From the NCBI GenBank assembly GCA_030704615.1, contig CM060733.1, positions 51,894,001-51,958,000 on the forward strand: DNA of 64,000 nucleotides. The letters are read 5' to 3'. A program made the position numbers and the translations under genes. The notes below the pieces were generated by a model. That model was not told the origin of the DNA. It saw only the letters and a list, made by a program, of their open reading frames with translations, and did not search any database. This DNA comes from Takakia lepidozioides (taxonomy: Eukaryota > Plantae > Bryophyta). Of this stretch, positions 52,101-64,000 are shown piece after piece; the first letter of the stretch is position 1, and each line of letters begins with the position of its first letter.

Positions 52101-54647
52101 AATCTGCAGTCCAAGCCCTGGAATCTTCTTCCTCCTTTCCTTCATGCCGGCCCCCTTTAAGTTGCTCGGACTCCTCCAACTTTTCTTCTGTTTCTAGCTC
52201 ACCTGCACCCTCACTTATGGAATCCAAAAGGTCCTGCAAATTCGACGCATCGTCCATTGGCACCTCAGTCGTCATATCCTCTTCTTCATGTATGACCTCC
52301 TGTGCTACAACCTCTTCTTGCCCCTCTTCCTCAAGCGAGATCACTTCCAGTTGCTTTGCCTCCTCCAACATTTCCTCTCTTTCTAAGTCACCTCCTCCTT
52401 CACTTATAGCATCCAAGAGGTCCTGCAACTCAGACTGTGCCTCCATTGGCACATCAGTTGGCATTTCCACTTCATCATGTTTCAGCTGCTGGTTTACAAC
52501 CACTATTTGTGTTGGTTCTTCTTTCTCTGAAGCTCCCTCCTTGTGCCATAACTCTTCCTTGACTTCCACATCAAGTTCAGCTGTATCTGCAGATATTACT
52601 CCAAAGACCCCAAACAAAAGAATGTGCTTAAAGTTCTGAAAATTAATTTGTGCTAACACAAACAAAAATGCTCCCCTGACAGGTTGATATTAACGTGTCC
52701 TCACAAACTTTCGTTAACTATGATGATGCTTACCAAAATTCGCAAACATTGCATTCCAGTAAACAAACCAGGAATACAAATGAAATGAACTTCCCAACAT
52801 AAACCTGCAATGGCCAGTAACTCTGATCAGGGCAAGCATTCTGGACAGGTTTGAACTCTAGTTCAGTCAGCAATTTTAGATACGGTAGGGGAGATTGCCA
52901 AGTGCAGTTAGCTACAGAGATCCCCTGGCTTAGACACCACCTTGAGTTTTTCGTTATCATACCCAACTAGCAGCTATTCTGTATGATGCAGTAAAGTAAT
53001 TTAAGAATGTTCAATTATGATACTGGGTACTGAGTTCTCACCTGCCACCTCTTCTTCTTCCTGTACAAATGCAACATTCTCAGCTTCCACATCAGTTAAC
53101 CCTCGAATAGACACGGTGTCAGGTAGTGTGCCCATTTCAACTCCCTGCTCAACAACAGTAAATTCAGCCTCGTCTTCTGAGTTCCCATGATCTTCTGATT
53201 GAACCGCAGGATCAGAATCCTTTGTGACTTGACAGGGTTCCACTTCAAACTTCTGTGGGGTCTGTGGGGCCATCATGGACTCTGCTTGAGGAAACAACCT
53301 ACGCTTTGGGTCTTCTGCTGAGAATGCTTTAAAATCTCGCCACACATTTGGTCTTTGGGCATCTTTTCCAGGTTTGTTAGGGCTCTCAAGGGATGCATGC
53401 TCGTCTAAGCTTAGATGTTCCATGCCAAGATAGCCAGAGAAGTCTGCTAGAGGCTCTGACAATGCCGGGGAGAGGTGAGCATCTGAATGGCGCCCGCGCG
53501 GTGTTCCATGTGCCGAGTTGGGCAAGCTGTTGTAAGACCGCATCGATCTATGAATAGGCGACTCTCCAAAAGAACTTGTATGACTACTTACAGGTTGAAG
53601 GTCTTTTAGGACTTGATAACCAAATGTGACCACAAGGGTGCCGCCCTTAGCTTTCCCTGACAGCTTGAAACTCGTTGTCCAGGTATTCTCCTTCTCTTCA
53701 TCATCGGTATCCTCAAGATTGTCTGGTAGCAAACGGCTGAAGTCCAACCGATGCTTTCCAAGGACAAGCTCATCAACATCCAGGGCGATAACAGAGAGAT
53801 AGAAGCATTTTGGCATGTACTTGATGGAATGTGAGGCATTCTTGGATCCATAGACAGTGCATTTCAGCTTCAACGTCTCTTCAAACTCAGCTGAGCCTTG
53901 GAAGACTCGGGAGGGCATGGTCTGGGCCGAATTATCATCTTTGCGTCGCCAGTGGACAGTGAGACGGAGGCCATTCATTGTGGATGGAAGGCCCTCAATG
54001 CCATGGACACGTACTGTGAAAACACAGTTGAATCGCTGTTGTCCTATATGTGCAATTGCCCTGAATGGTTTCCAGTTCCATAGGCTCTTCTTCTCCTCCG
54101 GAACCTCAAGTTTCTGGCTGAAGTTCAGATTGTCTCCCAGCCATGAAGGAAAATTCGTCACTGCGGGCAAGTTCTTCTCGAATCCCTGAGAATGCCATGG
54201 TTTCAGGGGCCGTTGGAATCCCGGAAACTGTGGACTATTCTCAACATTCAATCTGTAAGTCGCAGTCTTCTTACCAGATTCAGTTGAAGGCGTCGGGCTA
54301 GGCCTGCTAGCAACGGGCGGCCTCGGGTACGCTGACTTGAGGGAAGATGCGGACACCGAAGGAGGAGTTACGCTTCCTGCTTTGATGTGTGTCTCGCTCA
54401 CCCCACGGGCAAGCATTCCCTCCCTCCTCCCAACATACGGAGATGTTCCACCTCGCCTTGGAGAAGGAGCATGCTGGCCAGCATTGTACAAAGCCTGGCT
54501 CAGAGCTTCAAGCTCCTGCAGCAGCTGCCCCCCTGTCTCCCCTCTCCGCGCGCCTCCCCCCATCGATGGGGAAGACGGCACTGAACTCACCATGGAATAA
54601 TCCCCCTCACCAATACATCCTCCCCCTCTCCCTCCACGCCGCTCCAC
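49150..54647 (-). CDS. PMIR1: PLASTID MOVEMENT IMPAIRED1-related protein (NT-C2 domain plus PMIR C-terminal domain)
   Basis: Phase-consistent exons 54647-53042, 52586-51648, 51356-50777, 50290-49150. Motifs: LLQELEALSQALY, WNWKPFRAIAHI..FNCVF, AEFEETL, LG.H.LDFSRLLP, SPRALLLKQFE, MPLEDI.GKT, SLDEWMRLDAG, LVQLRDPLRNYEPVGAPM. The conserved last ~20 aa lie in another frame, ending at 49125. Confidence 0.9.
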
Positions 54648-54761
54648 TCCCAGCGCCTATCATCACCATCACTCTCCATCCCCTTCTCTCCCATTCTCCC
54701 CCCCCTCCTCCATGCCCTGCCCCCGCTCTCCACACACATCCGCCACCCCTCCCCTCCTCCC

Positions 54762-54800
54762 TGTGTGTGTGTGTGTGTGTGTCTCTCTCTCTCTCTCTCT
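54762..54800. repeat. (TG)n(TC)n compound microsatellite upstream of PMIR start
   Basis: Direct reading of the sequence. Confidence 0.9.
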
Positions 54801-56435
54801 CGCTCAGCAAACCGAGAAAACGACCAATTCTTTGGCTTTATATTTACCGTGATTTTTATTTTATTATTTTATTTTCTAATAAAAGGAAAAAGTTCACAGT
54901 ACGACCGACCACGATTCGGCGCCGAATTCACATTATTTTCTTATGTTGCTTTTTCATTATATATGCATATATATATTTGTTTTTGGAAAAGGGAAACAAA
55001 TATGGCAGAATGTAGATAGAGAATGTGGGACAGAATCTCACTCACAGGTCGGGGATAATGGTTGACTGGGATTGATAGGCGTTACTTTATATTTCTTAAT
55101 CTTAAGTGCTCTGACTTCTCTTCCTTTCTTTGTGGATTTGAACCCGGGATTTAAGATTACGTTAGTAAGTAGTGCCAGGGAGGATGTAACCACGTGGGGC
55201 ACATGGTTACTCAACATTTAACACGGAAGGAGGTAGTATTTGGCTCCCGGGGCAGAAGGCAGAACGTATGAATTTCAGGTGCCGGACTTGTTTGAGGCCT
55301 GGTATGAAGACGGCCGGCGGGAAGCCGGCCGAGGGCGGTGAAATAGGTAGGCAGGGAACTTGTGTTCGCTATGCGATCCCAATCAGCTGGCAGTCGTGTG
55401 TTCAAACTTCAAATCACGGCTGCAGGGGTCAGAGTATATAGAGAATGTCAGCACAATGATGGCGCGATGGTTTTGAACCGGGGTTAAGTCTAACCAGGGT
55501 GATATCCCGACCCGAGGTGGGTGAAGGGTGAGGCAGCGAGAAGACGCAGGCGAGCGCTCAAGGAGCGCTTTGGTGCTGGAGAAAGAATCTGCCACGCGGT
55601 CTTCTCTGGCTGGCTGGGGTCTGTTTTGTTTTCGAGCAGCTTCAGTTATCGCCATTCGTTTCGCGCCACGTGTACGGAAGGGTTCCCCGGGGCATATACA
55701 CAACCAAGATGCTTGCGAGAAGGGGAAGCCGGCGTTGAGCCCCCCATCTCTCTCTGTCTCTCTCTCTGTCTCTCTCTTTGTCTCGCTCGCGCATGCGCTG
55801 TGTGTAATTGCTTTGCATGTGGCTCGAATTTTGGTGAAAATCCATGTGGGATCGTCAGTGTGAGCAAATGAATGTAACTTTGAGGGACCCCGTGCTCACT
55901 TCAGGAGGCGCTGCAAGTTGTATCACTGTGCTGGTGCTATTTCTCTTGTTGTCCCTCTGTTTGCCAGAAGGATGGACCGGTTTCCAATCTTTAGAGGAAA
56001 CTGAAAATTTCATTGACAGCGTGCGGCTTGTAATCCCGCTGGCAATGGATAGTTCTGTAAAATTAACGACCGAGTGATGCAAGTTCGCACTGAACAATAC
56101 AGAGTGGTCAGGATTCTACCTGCCAACGATGTTGCTGTTCACGTTTAGGCATTCTTGTAATACTCAAACCATGCCTTTGCATGGAAGGTGAATTTCGGAA
56201 TCGATTTTGCGAAAATTTTAGGGCTGTCATCGGCTCTCTCGGATTGCAAAATCTAGCGTCAATCAGTTTGCGACGGGGTTTTCGGGTTGTGATGGTAAGT
56301 TTTTCCTTAAGCAGCTTATATATTAAAATAATAGGTGCGTGTTTGCCGGTTAAAGAGCTGCTATAGGCATGTGAACCGATGTGAGCCGAGCAGCAGCAAG
56401 AGGGTTTATTAGTACCTGAGAGTACCTGAGATCCC

Positions 56436-59400
56436 ATGTCTTTGCCCATCACAGACCGGTGTGTGCCACGACTAGGCAAGATAGCGTCACCAAGTGGTGG
56501 CAAAATGGGGGTGGCATCGGACAAAGACAGGGTTAACTTGAGCGAGATTATGAAAGAGAAGCTGTTTTTTGCTCCTCTGCAACGCTCCGAGGACTCTGCT
56601 GTAATCCAGTGTCTCCCCAAGCCAGCTACAGGCTTCAGCATCGACAATGAGCTGGTGCGGCCTATTTCCTCCACCCAGACTTACAACCACCAATGTAGAC
56701 TCTGTTGTGCATGCAAAATTGACTGAGAGTTGCGATGTCGGGGTCGCTGCGTAAGAACAATATTCTGGAAAGATGGCATCATAAGAAAATGTACGGTTTT
56801 GAGATGCTTGGAGTGGATATCAGTACCATGTGACCACCATCCTAGTATCAAAAATGCTCCTCGCATTTATAATGTTAATAGCACCGCAACCAAGGAAGAA
56901 GTGAGAGGGACTCGTTGGATATAGTTAAATGATATGAGTAATATATTGTACCATCCTTATGCTGTTGACATCAAACGAATTGATTTGAATCTATTGTTTG
57001 AGGGCCCTTCGCATTTGTTTTTACGCCATTTTCTATCTGTACATATGAATTTGTAAATGGCAAGATGACAAGCTGAGGCAGAGACTGTTCCATCTGTTCT
57101 TTGCCTGTTGGCATTTGCCAAATTTAGTGTAAGGTATATGGGAGGTGTATCTTTGAGCCCCTCGTGGGGAATGGTTTATGTTCCAAGGGTTATTTTGTGG
57201 CCAGCAACCATGTGTGTCAAAATGGAATCACCATATTCAAATAAAAGGAATAAATGGAGAACTAGTGATATGAGTGTATTACTGACAAAATGTGATGTCC
57301 ACTCCATGCATTTATTTGGAAATCTTTGAAGCATCTTTAATCTTCTGTAAACATTTGCAGAGATACTCTAGATGCATTTCCATCTCATGAAGCTCCATAG
57401 TGCAGGATAGTAGGGCTTTGAGTTTTAGGAGAAGTCCTGATGGAGCTGATCTCTGCAAGCAGGTATATGAACCATTCTTTGCTGACTTCGGACCACTCAA
57501 TCTTGCATGCACCTACCGTTTCTGCTGGAAGCTTCATGGGCTTCTTAAGGTGAGTTCCTTTTATCTCACTCTTTTAATATGAATTGAAGAGTGCAGTGCA
57601 ACATGGAAGATAGGCAGTTTTATTTTTCCTGCTCATTGACGTGAATGTGAAGCTTCTATGAAGCCTATAACCCAGAAGAGAAGTTGCGAGCACCTTCACT
57701 TTACGACAGTGGACAGTTTTTTCAAATTGACATAATGACTCGACCAAAGTTTACACTTCGTAAGGAGCATTTGCTCACAGTTTGTGCAGTTTCTCCATGT
57801 AGATGTTTAACCTGTTCAAGGCCTCCAACCACTGATTGGAATGTTACACCCGGTAAATTGGAGTGCTTGAAGTGGGCCTATGTAGAGGGCTGCGTACGAT
57901 CATCTGCTGGCAGAAAAACTACAGCTATGACTCGTGACCTTGGATGGTCGAGTTGTTATAGATGGATGCAAATATCTGCTGCTGCAATAGAGTTGCAAGT
58001 ATCTTTTGTGGCACAGACCTAACAATAGTATGGATGGTTTGCCACTTATGATGGATCTGGTGCCTTGTTTGAGTGAGTCAGGAAGCAGATGAGCAGAACC
58101 AATGTGTTTTTTTCTGCTGTAGTGCCGACCCCAAGAAAAAGTCGAATGCTGCAGTTTTGGTATGTGATCAATGCCAGTGCCAGAATCTCTAACCTCTCCC
58201 TCACTTCACAAGTCACTTCCAGATTTTCACATTTCTTCCAAAAGAAGCTTCTGCATGCATGCCAAAACTCTATTTCCATGTTGTATTTCCTTGACAGATG
58301 TGGCTGTCTACAGCCACAAGAATGTCATGTGTTACCACTTACTGTCACACTCCTGCTGTTGATCAGGCATCCAGCTAATGAGAAGCAGTCTGTCAATCGT
58401 TCCCTTGACTTAAACAGACAGAATGAAACGAAAGAAAGTGATAACTTTCTGATGTCCCTAAAGAAGTAGGAGAGAAGCAGATGGAGAGTTGTGTACACAT
58501 TGATGGTCTCCCACAAAAGCTGGGTAGGCCCCATAGGATACTGACACTCTCAGGTGTCAGCTCTGGGGTTTAGCCCCTACAGGTTATATGCGTCTCATCT
58601 GAACTTGCCCTTGTGCTTGCACTGAACGGATGACAATCCTGCCATGTTGAACTCATCTAATGTGAAGCTGTAATGTACTTGCTGCATTGATCTCATACTA
58701 TGAAGCTCATTCCAGCACTGCTGATATAGCACTTTCTAGTTGGAAAGAAGGGTAGAAAATACCTTAATGTGGCTGTGTGAATGGTTGCACTACTTGTCAC
58801 CTTGTCAAAAAAGGATTGAAACTTTATAATGTCCAAAGGGGCCCCAAGGGAGAGCAACTCATAAGACTTTTGTTACTGTAGCTTTTTTGCTGTAGACTCG
58901 GCAGACTCCTTAGGGAGATATACGTAAAGGGAAACCATTATGAGTCCTTCTGTGGCTGCAGCTTGGGGCGTACCTGGTGCTGTTTGGCAGTGTGGAGGCA
59001 GACGCCGCCTATGGGCCTCTCTCCATGTTTGAGCCATACTTGGCATTTCGGGATCCCACCTGTGGAAGTTCCACCTATCATCTCACTGTGCTTGACTGCA
59101 TCCGGGTGCCATTTCTTCTCTTGCTCAAAGCATAGCCTTAACTGCAGTTTGTCTTGGTCAGTGGAGGAGGAGTGTTCTTGAATGTTAGTGCAGAGCTTCA
59201 GATAGTCCTCAATGCTGTCAGTATGCACCTTGTTGAATCATCACGTGGAAAGAGGATATAGTGTTCCATCCACACTGCAATAGCATACTCACAGGCAGCT
59301 ACTGCAAGGCTTAGCCACTGTAGTTTTTTACTGACTGTAATACTGCTTTGGTACATAATGTCAGGCTGTATCAAAAGCGCACAAGGTTGGCTGGGTTGAC

Positions 59401-62400
59401 TTCAATAATTTCAATCTAGAAGAGTACGAGTACTTTGAACAGGTTCCTCTTTTTCTCCCTATCCTCTATTCTGTGTCAGTTATGTGTATAATCTTTTTCT
59501 TTTGGGGAAGGGAGTGACCAATTTTCAAGATACTTTTGACGGTAATTGTAAGGAACTTGATGCTACCAATCTGCGGCCTTGGTTACGCTTCACAGAATAT
59601 ACAGAGAAAGAGAGTCTTGCAACATGTCCTGAACCTGACTAACATCACAAAAGCATATCTCCTAGCACCATTGTATGTGTGTGAAGGGGTTTAATGGAAG
59701 AAGTAAGGATTGCACTCGTCAGTTTTTGGAAGGCACAGACGCAGATGAATTGTGATGCTCATTGCCTACAGGTAGAAAATGGAGATTTGAATTGGGTAGT
59801 TCCCAATAAGCTCATGGCTTTCAGTGGACCATCAGCGAGGCGTTTGGAGGTTCCTTTGACATAACCTTATTGTTTTAAAGCTCTCAACTCCTTTCAGCAG
59901 CCTATCTATGTCTTGTCTCAGACTAAGGTGCATTCTTTCAGCCTCAGTGCTATTAGTATCAATGTCAACTGTTGGAAATTCCTTAATGAAAGAAATTATG
60001 ATTTTGCTAAGTTCCCTGCATGTCAGAGGTTCTGTGTTGATGTTGGATGTGGTGTCTGTAGATTTATGGATACAGAACCTTGGTGCCTGAGGATTATGTG
60101 GAGTATTTTCATCGGGTTTGTGCTCCTTTCCTTTGTAAGGGATAATTGGAGTAGTGCCAGATTGTTTCCTTTTGGACCATAATAAGTTTTATTTTGGCTG
60201 CTGGTTTTCATTCATGTTGTTGCTGGGTTTGTAGGGCTCCAAGATGAAGAGAAATGCAGCATTTACTTTTGACTAGGCCTTGTACAATTTTTGGCCCATT
60301 GTTGTTGGAATGCAGTTTCACAGTAGGTGCGACTTTAGGGTGCTTTCTCTTGACATGTTGATCTAAGAGCATCCCCACCCTTAAGCCCGAAAGACTCCCT
60401 GTAACGCCAAAATAAAGTGATCGATTCAGGGCCTGTTGGGTTCTGTGGCGAGGCAGCCCCTCCTCGCGCACACCCTTGCCCCTGAATCGCCCATGCTATT
60501 CCTGCGCAGCTCGGCTCCCATTGGCAGGAGGGGCCGTGCTCGTTGCCAAGCTGCTGACACGCACTATCCGACTTGGGCATGGTCATGTTGACTCGGATTC
60601 AGGTGCAGGTTCAGTGCCCTGTATATTGCGCTCGGGTTCAGGGGCCGGAGAGGTATTCAGTGCCCGCCTTTTACGGGATATAGGGTTCAGGGACAAGGGT
60701 GTGGACGTTTTCCCGCCCACCTCCACACTATATGCCGCCGTATTCCGTTGGTGTGCTGGGTGCAGTGCAGGGTGGGGATGCTCTAAGGTGGGCCAAATTT
60801 CTAACTCAAGAGTTGTCTGTGTGGCAGGTAGGAGTTGTTGGGGTAGTAAGACTAAACCGAAGAGCATATGATCGACGTCGGTTTACTGATCATGGTCTTG
60901 CTCACTACGATTTATATTTTCCTGATGGCAGGTGAGTGTCCAACTATGTAGCCATATACGTGCATCATAACACAGATTTGTCCCTCATTATGAAGACCCG
61001 AAAACCACTTTCTGTTTGTTTTTGTAACTTATTTCAGTCATGCTCTGGTGAAAACCTCCCAATGAGAATGATGGTTTCTGATGACAGTGTTCTAATTTTT
61101 CTTCCAAATCATCAACATTCTGAAAGCAGTACTATTTTATCTGCCATGGTAATGCTGCTTTGTAAGATAGTCGTATTTGGTGGTCTGTGCTCTCAGCTGC
61201 CCACCCGAGCGGATTGTCAAGCGTTTCTTAGAGATTGTAGAGGACACATCGGGAGCACTTGCAGTGCATTGTAAGGTAAGGTTCTCCTATTCCGTGGGTA
61301 AGCCTGGCCATCTCTTGCATGTTAGCTTCTCATTACAATCATGGGTTGATGAGAAATGTGTCTGTTGTTCTTGAGAGTGTTTGTGTGTTTAGCTTGTGTA
61401 TATCATCAGTCCCCTGATACAGCATGGCTTACATCCCACAACTTTCTGTGGTTGAAAATTAAGTAGAATACAAGTTTCTTTTCCTCCACAAGGGACGTTC
61501 TGTCCTTCATCTGTATAAGAAAATGACTTCAAGTCATCAACTGCGTGATGTTGAGGATTAGAAGTACAGACAGGATAGAGGCAATGCAGTTTTCACCATG
61601 CAGTTTGTGCTGGGGTGGCTGGTACAGGCAGGATTAGGACGCACTGGTGTGTTGATTGGTTGTTACATTATGAAGCACTATCGATTTACATGCAATGAGG
61701 TGCATCCTTTAGGTCCTGGACCCAGTCTTCTGTACTTCATTTGGAACCTCAATGGATTACTTGAAACATGGTATTTGCAATTGCCAACTGTTCCACTTTG
61801 TCTTTGTCCATAACTGGTTTGACATTCACAATTCCTCCAGGTGAGTGAATTGCCTCCACCATTTCTGTATGCATAGCACATCAGAATATGATTGTTTACA
61901 TTTGTGCCATTGTGGCTGTCCAGCGCATTATCTAATTATGTGTGGGCAGTAAACTCTATGAATAGCTGGAAGTGACAAAGTCAGTGCCAGATATTAATTC
62001 CTGTTGGAATATGTTTTGGCTGCCACAGACATTGGGCTACCTGCGGATTGTGAGACCTGGCAGTGTTATTGGACCCCAGCAACATTTTTTGCGGGATATG
62101 CAACCCCGCATGTGGAAAGCTGTAAGCACCTTCCTGTAATCCACAGATTCTTTATCATGCTTCAGTTTAAGTATCCTTCCATTCTCCTCTCGTCTACAGC
62201 TTTGTATGATGTCGATTCCTCGACACTTCACTAACTGGTCGCTAAGGATAACATATGTCTGCAATTGCTTGTTCCTTCAGACATGGATAGGTGGTCTTTA
62301 TCTCAAATTCGACTTGCAGCTAATTTGAATGGTCCGCGTGCCGATGCACCTTATTAACCCTGGATGCCTACAATGATAGGATCCGGACAAAACTACCATT

Positions 62401-64000
62401 CGCTGGATGTAAAATCTCCCACTTCAGGCGAGGTTCCTACTCGGTCTGCACGAAAAAGGAAAAATATACCTGTAGTTGGCAGGACAATATGTTGAGCTGA
62501 ACCAACTTGTATGTGCTCTCCAGCAACCTGGAGTTGTGATAACTAGTTGATAAGGCTGTGGTTCACAGTTAACGCGACCCTGGCATGTATAAATGTCAAG
62601 AAACTTTCATACTTAGTTGTTGACCTAGACCCGTTGAGTTAGGTGTAACGATGTGCAGACCCCATTCAACCACTATGGAAACTGCTCAGTGATATCTCAG
62701 GATGTGTGTGTCCAGGGTGATGCAATGCGGACTCAACAAGGGCAAGTGAACAGTAATAGCCGCCAATTTCTTCCAACATCGGCTCACGACAGTGTGCCAC
62801 CCTCCTTGTTGAATGACCCTGGGAATTTTGCACTTGTGTCACCTTTGTCTTCAGTGTCCACTGCTGGAGGGGCTGGCTGGAGTCAGGGAAACAATAGGTT
62901 GTTATCCTCCTCCAGAAAGTATTCAGCAAATCCTGTTCTACGAAGGGACAGCCTAAGAGAACGGGTGAGTTTTGGGCGTCCCGACTCTCTGCCTTGACAG
63001 TCTGAAGATTGGCTTGATTTTTTGTGACTATCAGCTGGCATGAAGTATAAAGATGTTTACTCGTACACAAGGTAGAAGGATTTCAGATGAACCACTGCTT
63101 CTTGTTGCTTCTAATGTTAGTTTCAGCTTCTTGCTTTAAGTTCACTGTTATGAGGACATGTTTGTGGGAGTCACAAGATGCACCTTGCTGTCTCTTCATT
63201 TTGTAACTGGATTTGTAGCTGACGACCAGCTAACCAGCTAGAGAGCAGAAACGAATCCAAGAATTGTTTTGCCCAAAGCCTTGCAGCAGCTTGGGGCAAT
63301 CAGTTGATACATCCTAGGGGGTAGAGTTGGAAGCACTTGGACTAGTTGGGTAGAACACAAGATTTTGCATTTGTCTACTGCAAGGTTGTGCACATGCAAA
63401 TACACATTGACCTTAGCTAACTCCTGGCTGTTTTATTTTAGCCACGGATCCTCTAGTGTTGTGTCCTCATAATGTAGGAGAGGAGGTGAGCCAATCTGGA
63501 GAGTTTTGCCAGATACTCCTCATGGACAAGGAAAGCATCACATTAAAAACACAACCCTTTGCCATTCCTGAACTTGGCAGGGTGTGAGTCGCCATCATCT
63601 GGCTGAACTACTCCGTTTCACCAATATGGCTCCTCACAGCAATAATCTAGTTCCTCGTCTAGTCTGCAGCTGCATAAGATGAGTCTTGCTCCTCAAGTCA
63701 CTTTCTTGCCAAGGTACCACCTGCAAGACATGAGCAATATCAGTAGTCATAGCAATGAAGATTAACGAATTGTAGTTTGTTGTTTTGTAAGCTGTGTGCA
63801 AGAAATGATGAGGGTTTTGTTGTGTTCTGCCAGGATTGGACTGGTGGGGCAACAGGGAGGGTTCGGGACCGTACAAGTCAGAGGTCACGGCACATAAGTT
63901 GGTCAGATCCGATGCCACCATCACAACAGAGGTTGAAAAGAAACTCAGCTTCAACTGCACTTTCACCCAGTCCTCCCGTTCTGAGGGAAGAGAAATCTGA
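56436..64000 (+). CDS. CDC14: Dual-specificity phosphatase CDC14 (3' end beyond window)
   Basis: Phase-consistent exons: 56436-56654, 57463-57549, 58082-58159, 58962-59105, 59365-59442, 59772-59849, 60062-60115, 60828-60931, 61197-61275, 61628-61699, 62029-62121, 62716-62964, probably 63834-end. Motifs: [57 protein letters not shown]. Confidence 0.93.
60367..60783. mobile_element. PIF/Harbinger (Tourist-like) MITE in a CDC14 intron, 417 bp
   Basis: TAA|GAGCATCCCCACCCT ... AGGGTGGGGATGCTC|TAA: perfect 15-bp TIR and TAA TSD. Confidence 0.85.

Overview
Eukaryotic, intron-containing DNA, most likely from a non-flowering land plant (spliceosomal GT-AG introns, PLS/DYW PPR fragments, a PMIR gene, and a CDC14 phosphatase, a gene reported absent from angiosperms). 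Positions 1-35 kb are a nest of transposons. The main finding is a pair of related DNA transposons (8768-17733 and 18255-24016), inverted and 521 bp apart. Each has 16-bp TIRs (CCYGGGGGGTGCACTC) and its own perfect 8-bp TSD. The first encodes a decayed transposase with P-element-like motifs. The second lacks it and carries scrambled cargo (PPR-DYW gene pieces and RT-less LINE pieces). This region also holds a TTAA piggyBac-like MITE, CACTA-like ends, LINE 3' fragments with hairpin tails and several MITEs. Positions 37-64 kb hold three host genes: a USP-kinase-U-box gene (+), PMIR (-, with an apparent frameshift in a C-terminal LysM-like motif) and CDC14 (+, runs off the window). A 365-bp TRIM whose LTRs contain a tRNA-like cloverleaf sits in an intron. 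A long-TIR Pack-type element with a captured two-exon gene fragment lies between the convergent genes. All calls come from reading the sequence; no database searches were run.
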